Positions 49,440-60,800 of a DNA stretch of 64,000 nucleotides are shown one piece after another. The position numbers and the translations under genes are program-made. The notes beneath the pieces are model-generated. The model did not search any database. It was not told the DNA's origin and worked only from the letters and a program-made list of their open reading frames with translations. The DNA is from Guillardia theta CCMP2712. Lineage: Eukaryota > Protista > Cryptophyta. Numbering within the stretch: the stretch's first letter is position 1; each line of letters begins with the position of its first letter. Location of the stretch: NCBI RefSeq assembly GCF_000315625.1, contig NW_005434600.1, positions 53,910 through 117,909 on the forward strand, in the 5' to 3' direction.

Positions 49440-50135
49440 ATGTCCTTGCCTACCGCCGCTGTCTCCATCACCGTCCGCCGCCCTCAAGGACCCTCCGCTC
49501 GCCTCTTGCGTGTCTCCTTCTCCTTCCACCAAGTCTCCTCCCTCTTCCACCTCCGCCAAGAAGAAGCCACTGCCTCCCTGGTAGCCCCTCCCGCCCCCCT
49601 CCTGCTTCTCCTCGCATGGCTATTGACCTTGACGCAGGGCATATCGCTGACGACGCTGAAGCAAGTCAGCCGGCGGCTGGGCATCAGGCGCTGGCCCTAC
49701 ACGCGCAAGGGCTACGAGGTCCACGCGGATGCCGTGGGGAGCCTGGAGGCGAGAGGACGAGCCACCCTGGAGGGGGGAGAGCGAGATCAGCCGCACCAGC
49801 AGCAGCAGAAGGAGGATGCACAGGCGGCCAAGTCTCCTCACATGCACGAGAGCCTGATCGACGAGGCAGGGTTAGAGACGGACGAGCAGGACAGGGAGGA
49901 GGAGGACGAGGAGGCAGCGGCGAGGGCGATGCAGAGCTGGCATGATGAGAGCTACCGGGACTCCTCAGACTCCCAGCTGTCTTGCTGCGACAGCGTGCGA
50001 GTGAGCGAGGCGTGGCTGGCGTGGTACATGGCAAGCAGGAGCGAAGAGGAGGATCAAGTCGACGTGATCTGGCCGGGCCACGAGCTCCAGGAGCGGCTGA
50101 GCGGCATCGGCCGGTGCTGGACCTTGAGGAAGTAG
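49440..50135 (+). CDS. RWP-RK domain transcription factor, copy B
   Basis: FSFHQVSSLFHLRQEEATASL|GISLTTLKQVSRRLGIRRWPYTRK; 57-nt in-frame intron 49581-49637 at the same position as in copies A and C. Confidence 0.92.
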   Translation: MSLPTAAVSITVRRPQGPSARLLRVSFSFHQVSSLFHLRQEEATASLVAPPAPLLLLLAWLLTLTQGISLTTLKQVSRRLGIRRWPYTRKGYEVHADAVGSLEARGRATLEGGERDQPHQQQQKEDAQAAKSPHMHESLIDEAGLETDEQDREEEDEEAAARAMQSWHDESYRDSSDSQLSCCDSVRVSEAWLAWYMASRSEEEDQVDVIWPGHELQERLSGIGRCWTLRK

Positions 50136-50669
50136 CTGTATTGGACAAAGCAGAGCCATGCCTGAGGAGACGGTCAGATGGTGGTAGAGGAGGAGTCTCC
50201 GACTGTCTGTGGGGTAGGAGAGGTGAGGAGGACAGGAGGTGAAGGAGAAAGGCATGTACGGAGGCGTTAATAGGATATGAGATATAAACACCCCAACTGC
50301 ATGTCTATCAAGGTCAAGCAAGCAAGCATGGAAGATGTGCAATGATCCCTTTCTGCATCTACAGAGACATGTACACACTGAGTTTGTAATTGTATTTGTG
50401 TTAAATACCACAACAACATCCTTTGTAATTGCAGTTGTGTTGGATTGCACAACAACACCCTCCTACCCCACAAATGCCCAATAGCGCCTGCTGTATCGCC
50501 ATCACCAGGCTCTCTGATACCACCGCAGGCTGCGAAGCATGGAGTGCCGGGCAGCCCCTCGTCATTGCGTACCCTGCAGGGCTCCGCGAGCTGTTGAGCT
50601 ATGCCGTGCCGGACTAGAGTGCTGGCCTTGAAGGATCCGAGCTGAGGTCGTCCTCTTCCACCTACCTCC

Positions 50670-51354
50670 TCATGCATCCTCCTGCCATAGCTGCACTCCT
50701 CCCCCCGACCCTCTCCAGATCACCTCGTCCTCGTCCCTCGACCGGATGTACCAGGCGACCCACGCCTCGCTCAGCCAGTCTCCGTGTCCGCGGCGCTGAT
50801 CCGCGCTGTGTACAGGCTGCTGATCTGTGTCCTCGTCCTCGTCCTCGGCCTCGTCGTCTTCCTCGTCTGCAACCCCCTCCTGCTCGGCTTGGCAGGCGAC
50901 GGACTGATGCAGCTGTGCCGCCTGCTGCACCTCCCGCGCGTGCGCATGCGGCCGGTAGCCCTGGCGGGTGTAGGGCCAGCGCCTGATGCCGAGCTGACGG
51001 CAGACGGCCTTGAGGGTGGACAGCGAGATCCCCTGCAAGGACGTGAGACTCCTGACCGCCCGCTTGCTCCCCACTGCCTCTCTCCTCCAGCCTTGTCCTC
51101 TCTATGTATGTATGGAGGTGTATTTGTGTCTAGGCCATGCTTGGCTGTCTGTGTGTGCTGGTCAACCCCTTCTTACTTCCTACTTCCTCTTCTTGTTTTT
51201 ATCGCTAGGAGCAGCTTACCAGGGCAGCGGCGGCGTCGTCTTGGCGGAGGTGGAAGAGGCGGGCGACCTGAGGGAGAGTGAAGGAGACGCGGTAGGGTTG
51301 AGGACGACGACTACGGCGAGGGTCAGCGGAGGGGAGGAGAGGGGGGGAGGGCAT
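50670..51354 (-). CDS. RWP-RK domain transcription factor, copy C (recent duplicate of A)
   Basis: Exon 1 51354-51220, intron 51219-51033, exon 2 51032-50670; exons and intron highly similar to copy A. Confidence 0.92.
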
Positions 51355-51519
51355 GGAGACAATCGGTAGGCTCGTTAGAGGTGAGGGGCAGGGGAGTGCA
51401 AGGAGACAAGAAGGCGGGGGAGCGACTGGTATGAAGTAGAAAAGAAGTGTTTTGAAAAGGGTTGACTGGAAATGATGTCGAAAAGAAGTCTTTTCAGAAG
51501 GAGATCTTGATTTTTGTGT

Positions 51520-52500
51520 CCTCCGACGGGATCGCCGATGGCCGCCCGGCCACCCGCCGCCTCGGAGTCCGGGCGCTTAGTATATACTCCGACGGAGCTC
51601 CGACAAGATAGGCGGCCCGCGCCAGGCAGGTACGTTATGGGCAATGCGGCATCAAATTTCCAAATCCGCGGCATCAAATTTCGAAATCTGCAACTTGAAC
51701 TTAGTAACTTAGTAAGTTTTAGGTACTGATTGTATCAGCAGATAGAGATGAGGACATGCCGTACGGTAGTACCGTACTCCGTACTTGGCGGGGGTCGCGG
51801 CGCGGCGGCCCGACCGCGGCCGCCGCACTGCGGCAACTTACCGTCAAACTTGCGGGCCGCCTCCCGAGTCCCGGCCGCGTCAGGGCCCGGGGTACTACGG
51901 TACCGTACGCCGTACGCCGCCGGTAGTACTTGTACGGTCCCAGTACCGTCCGATCCGCCCGTGCCAGTGCTATAGACTCCGACTGAGCCTCAGGGCGGCG
52001 GGCACCGTCCTGGCACAGTGACCGTCGCCGCGGCGGGGCGGGCGGCCGCAGTCCGCAGTGCGGACTCCGGTGCCGCAGTGCGGCGCGGCATGCCCGGCCC
52101 GGCCATCCCGGCGGTCCGGGCATCCTGACGGCGATGCGGGCCCGGGCCCAGCCTCCGAGGCTCCGTCACCGTCACAGGCCCGGGACTGACTCGCCAGTGA
52201 TGGACTGTCTGACTCTGTCGAAACTTCCGGGCGGCGGAGCCGACCGCAGCTCTGCACTCTCCGAGCCCGGCCCCGGCGCGGCCGCGGGCAGTGCCACCGG
52301 ACTGTCCGATCAGTATCCGATGATCATCGAGTCCGATCTCACAAGTGAAAGTTTACTTAATTAAGTTAGCATGACTCTGATTGCTGACAGTGATGCCGCC
52401 GCAGTGCGTTTACCGTACTCAAAGTTAAGTTAAAAATCAGTACAAGGACAAGGCTCGGATTGGGCCTGCCGAGGCGGGGATGAGGCCCATAGGGTCAGTT
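51520..52500. other. GC-rich palindrome-dense intergenic island
   Basis: TACGGTACCGTA 51896; AGTCCGCA-G-TGCGGACT 52050; GGGCCCGGGCCC 52138; CGATGATCATCG 52318; ACTTAATTAAGT 52355. Confidence 0.8.
52416..52451 (+). repeat. Dispersed ~43-bp element, copy 3
   Basis: TACTCAAAGTTAAGTTAAAAATCAGTACAAGGACAA, 34/36 identical to 48006-48041. Confidence 0.9.
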
Positions 52501-53615
52501 TGGTTTGAAACTGCCCGGAAGCCACCAGGCGTGTCTACAGAAAAAAAGAGAAATCCCCCATGACCCTACCCCTGATCTTCTTGGAAAATATTCGACGTTT
52601 TACTATGTACTTTTGTTGGTTAATTTGAAAAACAGATTATTATGTTTTAATACGTTGCACATTTTTCGATTAACAAAAATCGAACTTGATAAACCTCTCC
52701 ATCAGGGGTCATCCACTAGTGTACATGTCGGGCGCTATTTTTTGTTTCCACTTGGGTCGAAGAATGTTGGGGAAGGGGCGAGAGGAGAGGACAGCGGAGT
52801 CAGATATGAGAAGCAAACATCTATGTGGAGCTACGATGATGAAGATGAGAACAGGGAAAGAGGAGAAAGAAGAAGAAAAGAACAGAAACGTTAAGAATAG
52901 AAGAGTTGACGAAAGGAAGAAGGAAGGAAGATGTGAGATGGTCAGAAGAAGACATCATGGAGAGAATGGAAGGAACTGGAAGAGAAGACAAGAGACAAGG
53001 CATTCAAATGCAGAATAAAGTTCACTCGTTATGAAAGAAAGAATGGGCAAGGATGATACTTGAAGAAATGTGTTCTTGGTGCAACACGAACCAATAGTAG
53101 AGTGCAGTATCAGTTTTGTTATTTTGGTTTTCAGTGCCACCTGTCACAGCAAATTTATGTTTTTTGGAGACAATCGCACGAAAAATCGTACTTCACAACA
53201 CAAAAATAATCATCAAAACATGCTTGTGAACGAGTGGAATGAGAATGGAATAAGATGAGAGAGAGAGAGAGAGCAAGAGATTGAAGTCGAAACTGCAATT
53301 CAGACATTTGTGAGAAACTTCAAATTTGTGTTCCATTCTGTAGAAGAGTGCATGCATCATGATTTTTTGTTGTAAATTTCCACATAAGTTGCTTCATAAC
53401 GATATGCTCCGCTTTGATGTCCGTCCCCAGCACGAATGGATGGCGACCTATACGCATCATGTGCGAATGAGAATCACGGGAAGTAGGAGTGATTAGCATA
53501 CTGTGCAAGTCTCACAGGTTCTAACAACAATAATCAAAAGTTCTAACAAAACAAAAATCTCCATGCAAAGCCTGACACCATCCTGTATGATTGCAGATAC
53601 ACTTGAAGCACTACG

Positions 53616-54043
53616 ATGCCCCCAAAGACGACTGAAGGACGTCCACATCGGGATCCGAAGCCCAAGGCTATCTGGTTTGTAGCCTGAGTGTGGGAGGAGG
53701 AAGGAGGAGGCTGAGGCGTACCCAGGGATCCCTCGGAGACCAAAGGAGACGAGAACGAGCCTCAGCAGAAGAAGCCCAAGGCCGTCAAGAAGGCAAGGGG
53801 ACGAAAACACAGCGCCCTTCACTGACGCTGCGCAGGTGACGAAGCCTAAGGCAGCTGTCAAGAAGACTATTAAGAAGGTGAGGAAAAATAACATGGTCAT
53901 CACTGCTCGTGACCGGCCGCAGGCTGCCCCCAAGAAAGCCGCCAAGGCCTCCAAGGGCAAGCAAACTAAGGTCTGGTAAGGGGGCGATGCTGAGTGGTGA
54001 GCTGACTTGAGCGAAGGGGAAGAAAGGCGGCTCGAAGAAGTAA
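53616..54043 (+). CDS. Small lysine-rich protein resembling a histone H1 C-terminal tail (80 aa, 5 exons)
   Basis: Exons 53616-53674, 53726-53792, 53836-53877, 53923-53970, 54017-54043 give MPPKTTEGRPHRDPKPKAIWDPSETKGDENEPQQKKPKAVKKVTKPKAAVKKTIKKAAPKKAAKASKGKQTKGKKGGSKK; introns 43-51 nt. Confidence 0.8.
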
Positions 54044-54276
54044 GCGGGGTGTTGCCTGCTGTCACTCCGTGATGGCCCCTTCCTACTCACACTGATGAAT
54101 GCTGCCTGAACGCTACAGTGATGCTTCGTGAGCGAGTACTGAATTCTTGTTGATATTAAATTTGAATTTCAATCATATAAACGAGGCGGACAAGGGGAGC
54201 GTGTTGTTAAGATTGTCATGGAGATCTCTCAATCTGGCTTGTTTGAGAAAGTTGAAAATCACTATATTGTCAAACA

Positions 54277-55362
54277 GCGTCACAGAACACCTAGAAGCTA
54301 CCAGACGCCAACCCGGAGACGTCAGAAGAGCCGCCGGAGGTGGACCTGGTAGAGAATCAGGGTGGGGAAGACTTGGAACGAGCTCTGTCTTACTGGACGA
54401 TGGCAGAGAAGACCGAGAGGCCGACGATGAGGCTAAGAGGAAGGACCCACTGCAGCCAACATGTCACTCTTATGCTTACAAGGTGTTGGGGACTTCCTTT
54501 GGCAGTCCGGTGACAGGGATCGCTCCTCGTGGGTCGGGGATCTTCTGTTTGAGCTTCATGGCCTCCATTGACATCCTGCGGCAGGTCATGCGTAAGGGAG
54601 GAGTGTACACTGAGCGAGGAGGCAACAGTGAGAGGGAAGGGCATGGAGATGTCGATGAACTTGGGAAGGTGAGGCTCACGGTTCAAGCGCATCTGAAACT
54701 TTGTCTTGAAGGTTGAGGACAGGGTTGGCTTCTCGCTCCTGCAGCAAAATGAGAGTAAGTGTGGAAGAGCATGAGTGGGAATGAGGAAATGGATGATATC
54801 TTGTGAACGTGTCTGTCTGAATCCGAGGGTAAAGAATGCAGAGAGTTTGCTTGCCTTCAGCTTGCTGATACGGGCATTAAGGGCAGACATGTCGAAATTA
54901 GCTGATGCTCCGCTGTCATTGAGTCAGATTTATCTTCTACCATTTCACTCTCCTTTCTCTCAGGAGATTGACGGCCGCACCCCTCCCCTCCTCCTACGTC
55001 TACTTTCCTCCCCTTCTCATCCCCCTTATCAACCATGCATCGACTTATCACTTCCTTCCTCTCCCAGATTTTCTGCTAGAATCCCCTTCTGATCATGCCT
55101 TTACCTCTCGTCTGGCTTGTCAGGGTCAGGCCCTGAAGTCGCCTGCATCCTCCAAGCATGGGGGCGTGCTGTGCATGCTCGTGCTCTCAGAGCTGTCAAA
55201 GGTAGAGGGTTCAATCCAGAGAATCCCTCGACAGATATCAGGAGCGCCTGCTCACGGATCGTCACATTATTGCACAGGAAAGAGAAAGTACAGCAGGAAA
55301 AAGAGTTGTTGGGTGTAGCAAGGCGAATGAGGAGGGCCGGGAGCAGGAGGATCTTACGCTGA
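54277..55362 (+). CDS. Possible hypothetical multi-exon gene
   Basis: Short AG-GT bounded open segments; no recognisable domain. Confidence 0.3.
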
Positions 55363-56019
55363 GAAGAAGAAGCTGGAGTTTCATTGAGTGCTCAAAACCT
55401 GGAGGTATGGTTAGAATCAAATCTCTCAAATGAATTGGTGGGGGTGAAGTTAGAGAACACTTGCGTTTCAATCACTACGCTAGCTTAAATTCCAAGCAAC
55501 GCCTCGCACGTATCCTTACAAATTTTCAAAATCTTGAAGAAACTCTCGCAGTCAAATTCAATCTAGGTCATGATTCGACAAGAAGACAGCGCATGATAGT
55601 CATCAGAAGTCATGCATTCCTCGCTTCTTCCATCAAATTCGATTCCTGCACTGACTTCTGCAACACACTCTGCCTGGATAATCAGAGTGTGTGCTCACAA
55701 CAAAAAAGGATCAAACACATCACTGAAGGTACAATGAGCCAATCTCTTTGCTTTCTGTTAGAGTAGGATGAAAGGATGGCACAAACTCTGACTTCGGAAC
55801 AAAATGGAAAGTATGACACCAAGTACGGGGTTGAGCATGTCAGGGATCACAAGAAGACAAGTCAGCACCATATGTTGGATCAGATCTACTAAACCATCAT
55901 GATTCCGTAAGATCGTATCAACGGAAACAGTCGTCTTTTCTTCCCATCCTGGCTCCACGGCATAGTAACTTCGGAGCGCCGAGTGATGCATTTTTGCCTT
56001 AGGTGGGTCACTTCCCATG

Positions 56020-57200
56020 GGAGGTGGGGTATTTTCTGAATCACCGGTACAGACTTTCAAATCCCAGAGCTCATATCAGATGGTGGGGTAATCAGAAGAT
56101 ATTGGCTGGGTAGTACCTCATAAATCTTTTTTTCAGGGGTGGGGTGGGGCCTTGCAGCTGGTAGGGGTGTGTCAAAAACTATATAAACATTAGGGGTTGG
56201 GTACGATTTGGATGGGTAGTCGAGGTCAGTTTCAAGGGTACATTAATTTAAGGGGTACTGTATGTTTTTAACCAGACTCTTTTAGCAAACCCTTTAAAAT
56301 TAAGAGATCTGATCGTTATAAACTTTCATAACGCATTTATAAAACCAAAAAAGACATTCAGTTTTTACCTGCTGACACGCAAAACAGTCAGGTGAAATCA
56401 AAATAAATGAAAACTACTCGTTTGAGGTACAATCATATAAAGAAGTTTTTAAAATGAGACGCTCTGCTGAATCGAAGGTGATGACCATGTCTTGGGCATG
56501 CACAAGGCATGACAAATCGGAGAGCATGTTACCATGGATGTCGAAATAGATTTGTTTCGAGATCATAAAAAGTATCTGGAGGAATGAGATTCTATTTCGA
56601 ACCGACTAGATCGGAACCGATGCAAAACGAAATCGTTTCGAGAAAGCTCCAGCGGGTTCGGCATGGAGATGTACCTGTTCTTGGTGGGAGTGGTGGGGGT
56701 GGGAGTGGGGGGTACCGGGGGGTATTTCAATCTCAATAGCGACGACAGGGGTGGTCATAACAGGAACAATGGTGGGTCAGGAGGGGAATCTATCGTTCGA
56801 GTTTCTGCGGGTAGGGGTACTACATTCGCTCAGAGGGTATGGTCAACTATAGGGTGGGGTGGAGCAATTAAAGCGACTACCCACCTTACGCTGTCCCGGA
56901 TATCTTCCTGATTGCCTGTGATCCACCCCCTTCTTGAAGCCAATTTTGGATTGCTTATGGGGTACCTGTACTACCCCACCCCTGTTTTCTTTAAGTGTTC
57001 AAGTACATCGACTACCCACCTAGTATAAAATTTGGGTGCGGTGGGATGCCCACTTGATTTGAGGGGGTCCTAAAGGTCCCGTCCAATTCATAGTAGAACT
57101 ACCCCACCCTCCTATTTCGATCATAGACACCATCACCCTGTGACAGGACAATCACCCCACCCCAGATTTCCAGGACCACCCCACCCTCTAGGATGGGTCC
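56020..57200. promoter_or_regulatory. GGGGT-to-ACCCC polarity-switching intergenic region upstream of HSF
   Basis: GGGGT/GGGT motifs dominate 56020-56260 and 56680-56865; ACCC/ACCCC motifs dominate 56875-57190. Confidence 0.45.
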
Positions 57201-57265
57201 CTCAAGTCGGCGCATAATGGCGGCGTCTTACTTTTGGAGAGCGAGCGCTAGGAACGGGCCTGGGA

Positions 57266-57393
57266 GGAGGAGAGGAGGAGAGGAGGAGAGGAGGAGAGGA
57301 GGAGAGGAGGAGAGGAGGAGAGGAGGAGAGGAGGAGAGGAGGAGAGGAGGAGAGGAGGAGAGGAGGAGAGGAGGAGAGGAGGAGAGGAGGAGA
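57266..57393. repeat. (GGAGAGGA)n 8-bp polypurine array
   Basis: About 16 units. Confidence 0.9.
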
Positions 57394-57845
57394 GATTATG
57401 ATTGAGAAAGCATCAGTCTAGACGATTGCAAGGTAAAGACGGTGAGCAGAGGAATGTGAGCTGCTCGATGCAATGATGGGAAAACAGCGGCAGAGGCACT
57501 TGCTTTGCTGAGGGCTGAAGGTGATGGAGGATAAGACGGCGCTCTAGAGGAAACAAAGCTGAACCCATGATCTATGATGATATGGCTTTATGTAGACAGA
57601 GCTGTAGTGGATCTCTATGCAAAGCTTCAATGGGTCTTTATCTTCCTTCAACCTCGATCGAAAGCGGATTGTGACAGCGATCATGGCCATCGCCAGTCAT
57701 AGGTTGTGCAGAGAAAACTCATGCTGTCAGAACTTTGAGAGACGCCTGCACTAGTGTGCTATTGATAGCGTTTGAGAGATGCCTGCTCTTCTCCGAGTGA
57801 CATGTCCTGATGGTTGGGGAATCGCAGGGGTGCATTGGCTAGGAG

Positions 57846-60800
57846 ATGTCGGACGAGGATGAGGACATGAAGAAGACAGGGGAGGAGGGTGATGATTCCT
57901 GCCTCCCTGTTTTCATCACAAAGCTGCTGCGAATGCTGTCATCCAATACCAACCCGGAGTCAATAAGATGGGGTGCCGATGGGACCACTGTGCTGATCTC
58001 GGACCCATCAGCCTTTGCAACGGTAGGGTGTGCTTGCTTGCTCTCTTCTATGCCGAGTGCCTTGCTGACTGTGCTCTTCTGACAGAAAGTTATTCCAAAG
58101 TACTTCAAGCACAGCAACTTCGCCTCTTTTGTTCGACAGCTGAATGTGAATCTTTCCAGTTTCATGCAATTTCCTTCTCATCCGTGCTTTGATTAGCTCT
58201 ACGGCTTTCACAAAACTACTCAAGACCCGGAAGTGTGTGAATTTCAGCACAAGTATGTGGTTCCTATGTCTGTCGCTTCGTTTATGATGATCAATTCTCG
58301 CAGATACTTCAAGCGTGATCAGCCCAGCCTGTTGCACAACATCAAAAGAAAGGTATGCTTTGTGAGGACGACTGTTTGATTTTTGAAGGCCGGTTCTTTG
58401 GCATGCAACTTTAATTTCTTTGTGTTGTCTTGACTTTGTCCTCCTGCTCTCCAGGTGGCTCTGGAAAAGTCAGACAATGCTAGGTCAAAGGTGAACTCGC
58501 GTTCCCAGAACGTTCATGGTTCTAACGTTCCTGTTCAGGTCGACATGGACGACCTCGTGAATAGTGTCAACGAAGTCAAATCGAGACAAACGCAGGTCCT
58601 GATTGCTTGAGGAGAGAAGCTGTGATGCAAACCTTACTGTAATCTCAGTTCGAGAACGCGCTGCTGCAGAAGGAGATGGAGAAGCAGATCCTGTATCAAG
58701 AGGTTATGAACGCGCAGCAGAAGCAGAAGGTACTGCCACGTGCTCTCCTCTCGCAACCCTCCTGATTGCAGCATCATCAGGTCCTTGAAGAGAAGATCTC
58801 GAGGTTAGCCTGGGTGCTGATGAAAGCATGCAATGCTATCCAAGAGCAGCAGGTACGAGGCTGCCGCTCGCCGATCGCTTTCTCGCTGACTTTGGGGATG
58901 CAGCGGACTACACAAACGCCTCAGCCGCCCCAGCAGATCCAGCAAGGGAACTCCCAGCAGCCGCCCCAGCAGATGTCTGCTCCTTCCCCCTCCATCACCT
59001 CCATCGCCTCCCAGGTTGAAGTTGGACCCGACGTTGCTGCGGCAGCTGAATATCGTGCTGCAGGGCATGGGGATGGTCGGAATCAAGCGGAATCGGGATG
59101 ACGATGGGATGTTTCCTCCCAGTCAGCGGCAGTACGATCAGGGGAGACCACCTGCTGCCCAGGTTGATGTTTGCGCGGTTGCTGGCAGCGTGCTGATGAT
59201 TCGCTCTCCAGAATCCTTCAGCTACATCAATCGGTGCGATGATGATCATGATGTGATGATGATTATGTTCATGTTCATGTTCATGATCATGTTCAGGATG
59301 ATGATCGTGATAGATGTGATCACTCACGTGAACTTGTGGCAACAGGGATGAACACGATGGGAGGACTGAGCATGAACGATGAGAGAAAGCAGCTTCAATC
59401 GATCGATCCGTCAAACCTTGAAGATTGGCTTTCTCAGGCAAGTTTTGGAGCACATCTTCTTCTTCCCTCGTAATCGTTTCACAGCTTGCAAGCATCGGAA
59501 GCACATTGGGCGGAACAGGTGAAGGAGCCCTTCAATTTCCCGTCTTTCCACTCTAAACTCCCTCCGCTGCTAAATCTCTTCCTCCACACCTCTCACAATC
59601 CAACCCCCCCCCCCTCCCTTTCCCTCCGCATCCCCCTTTCTTCTCCTTCTCCTTGTCCTCCTTCTTATCCTCCTCCGCCTCTTTATCCTCCTCACCTTGT
59701 ACCTCACCTTCTTCTAGCTACCATGTCTAACTCCTTTTCCACTCTCCTCCTCTTGCTCTGTCTGACCGTTACCCCTCTCACACAAACACGCAGGAATGGG
59801 AAGCATCGGAAACAATCTTGGAAGGTCTGTACTACCTGTTTGACGATCCAGCGATGCTGATGGAACGTGAAGCACAAGCAACCTTGGCAGTATGGGCAAC
59901 AGCATGCAGTCAGGTCCTTCTTTCTTATCCCCCCCCCCTGCCCCTCTCCCAATACCCCGCCCCCCACCAGCGTTCAAACTTCCCTGCTCCAACCCCTTCC
60001 ACATGCTCGTTTGCTCCTTCTCCTCTCCCCCTCGCCTCCCTTCCTCTTTCCCGCTTCGCCTTGGCTTGCTCTTCCACCTTCCACCGTCTCTTTCCTCCCT
60101 CCTCCCTGCTCGTGTACCTCTGCGCCCTCCTCTCTCAGGCTGTTCCCTCTTCTGCTTTCCTGCGGCTTCCTCGCCATCTGCTGTGCTTGAAACTAACGGC
60201 TGTCAGCAGGGGGTCTGGACCCCATGGCGCGACAAGGAAATATCACAGGCATCGGCAACAACCAGCAGCATGTCAGAGATCTGATCACATCCTCCTCATC
60301 CTCCTACTACTACTCCCCCTCCTCCCTCTTCCCTGTTTCCTCTTCCACCACTTTCCTTCCTCGGTCCCTCCCTGCTCTCGCTCCGTTGTCCCCTATCCTT
60401 CCTCCTCCCTGGCTGACTTCACTGCGACACCCACAGGTCGCGAACAACAACAACAACAACAACTCGGGAGGAGGATGGCAGGGCATGCAGACTCATCAGC
60501 ATCACCCCAACAACCAGATGCACTCGGGGATGGATATGATGCACTCCAACGACTCCATGCAGTACAGCGCGCAGCAGGCGGCGGCCTGCGGCTCGTTCCA
60601 GGGGATTCTGTCTCCTCTCTCCTCTGTCAACGGGACGATGGGGTAAAGAGATGTTGCGCATGGCATGTTGGTGTTTGTTGAAGATGCTCAGATGCGTGTG
60701 CTGTGTGTGCCGCTTCTGTTATGTTTGCATGCAAGGATTGGTGTACAGAGGTTGCGTACATGTACACAGTGATCGGGCGAGAGGTTGTGGTGTGTGTATA

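Noticed and set aside
55400-56060. Possible small minus-strand gene suggested by the GGGGT polarity upstream
   Set aside because: No coherent spliced model or domain could be built
56541-56655. 10-bp inverted repeat TCGAAATAGA/TCTATTTCGA and HSE-like TTCgaGAA upstream of HSF
   Set aside because: Imperfect, 1.2 kb from the ATG, and expected by chance
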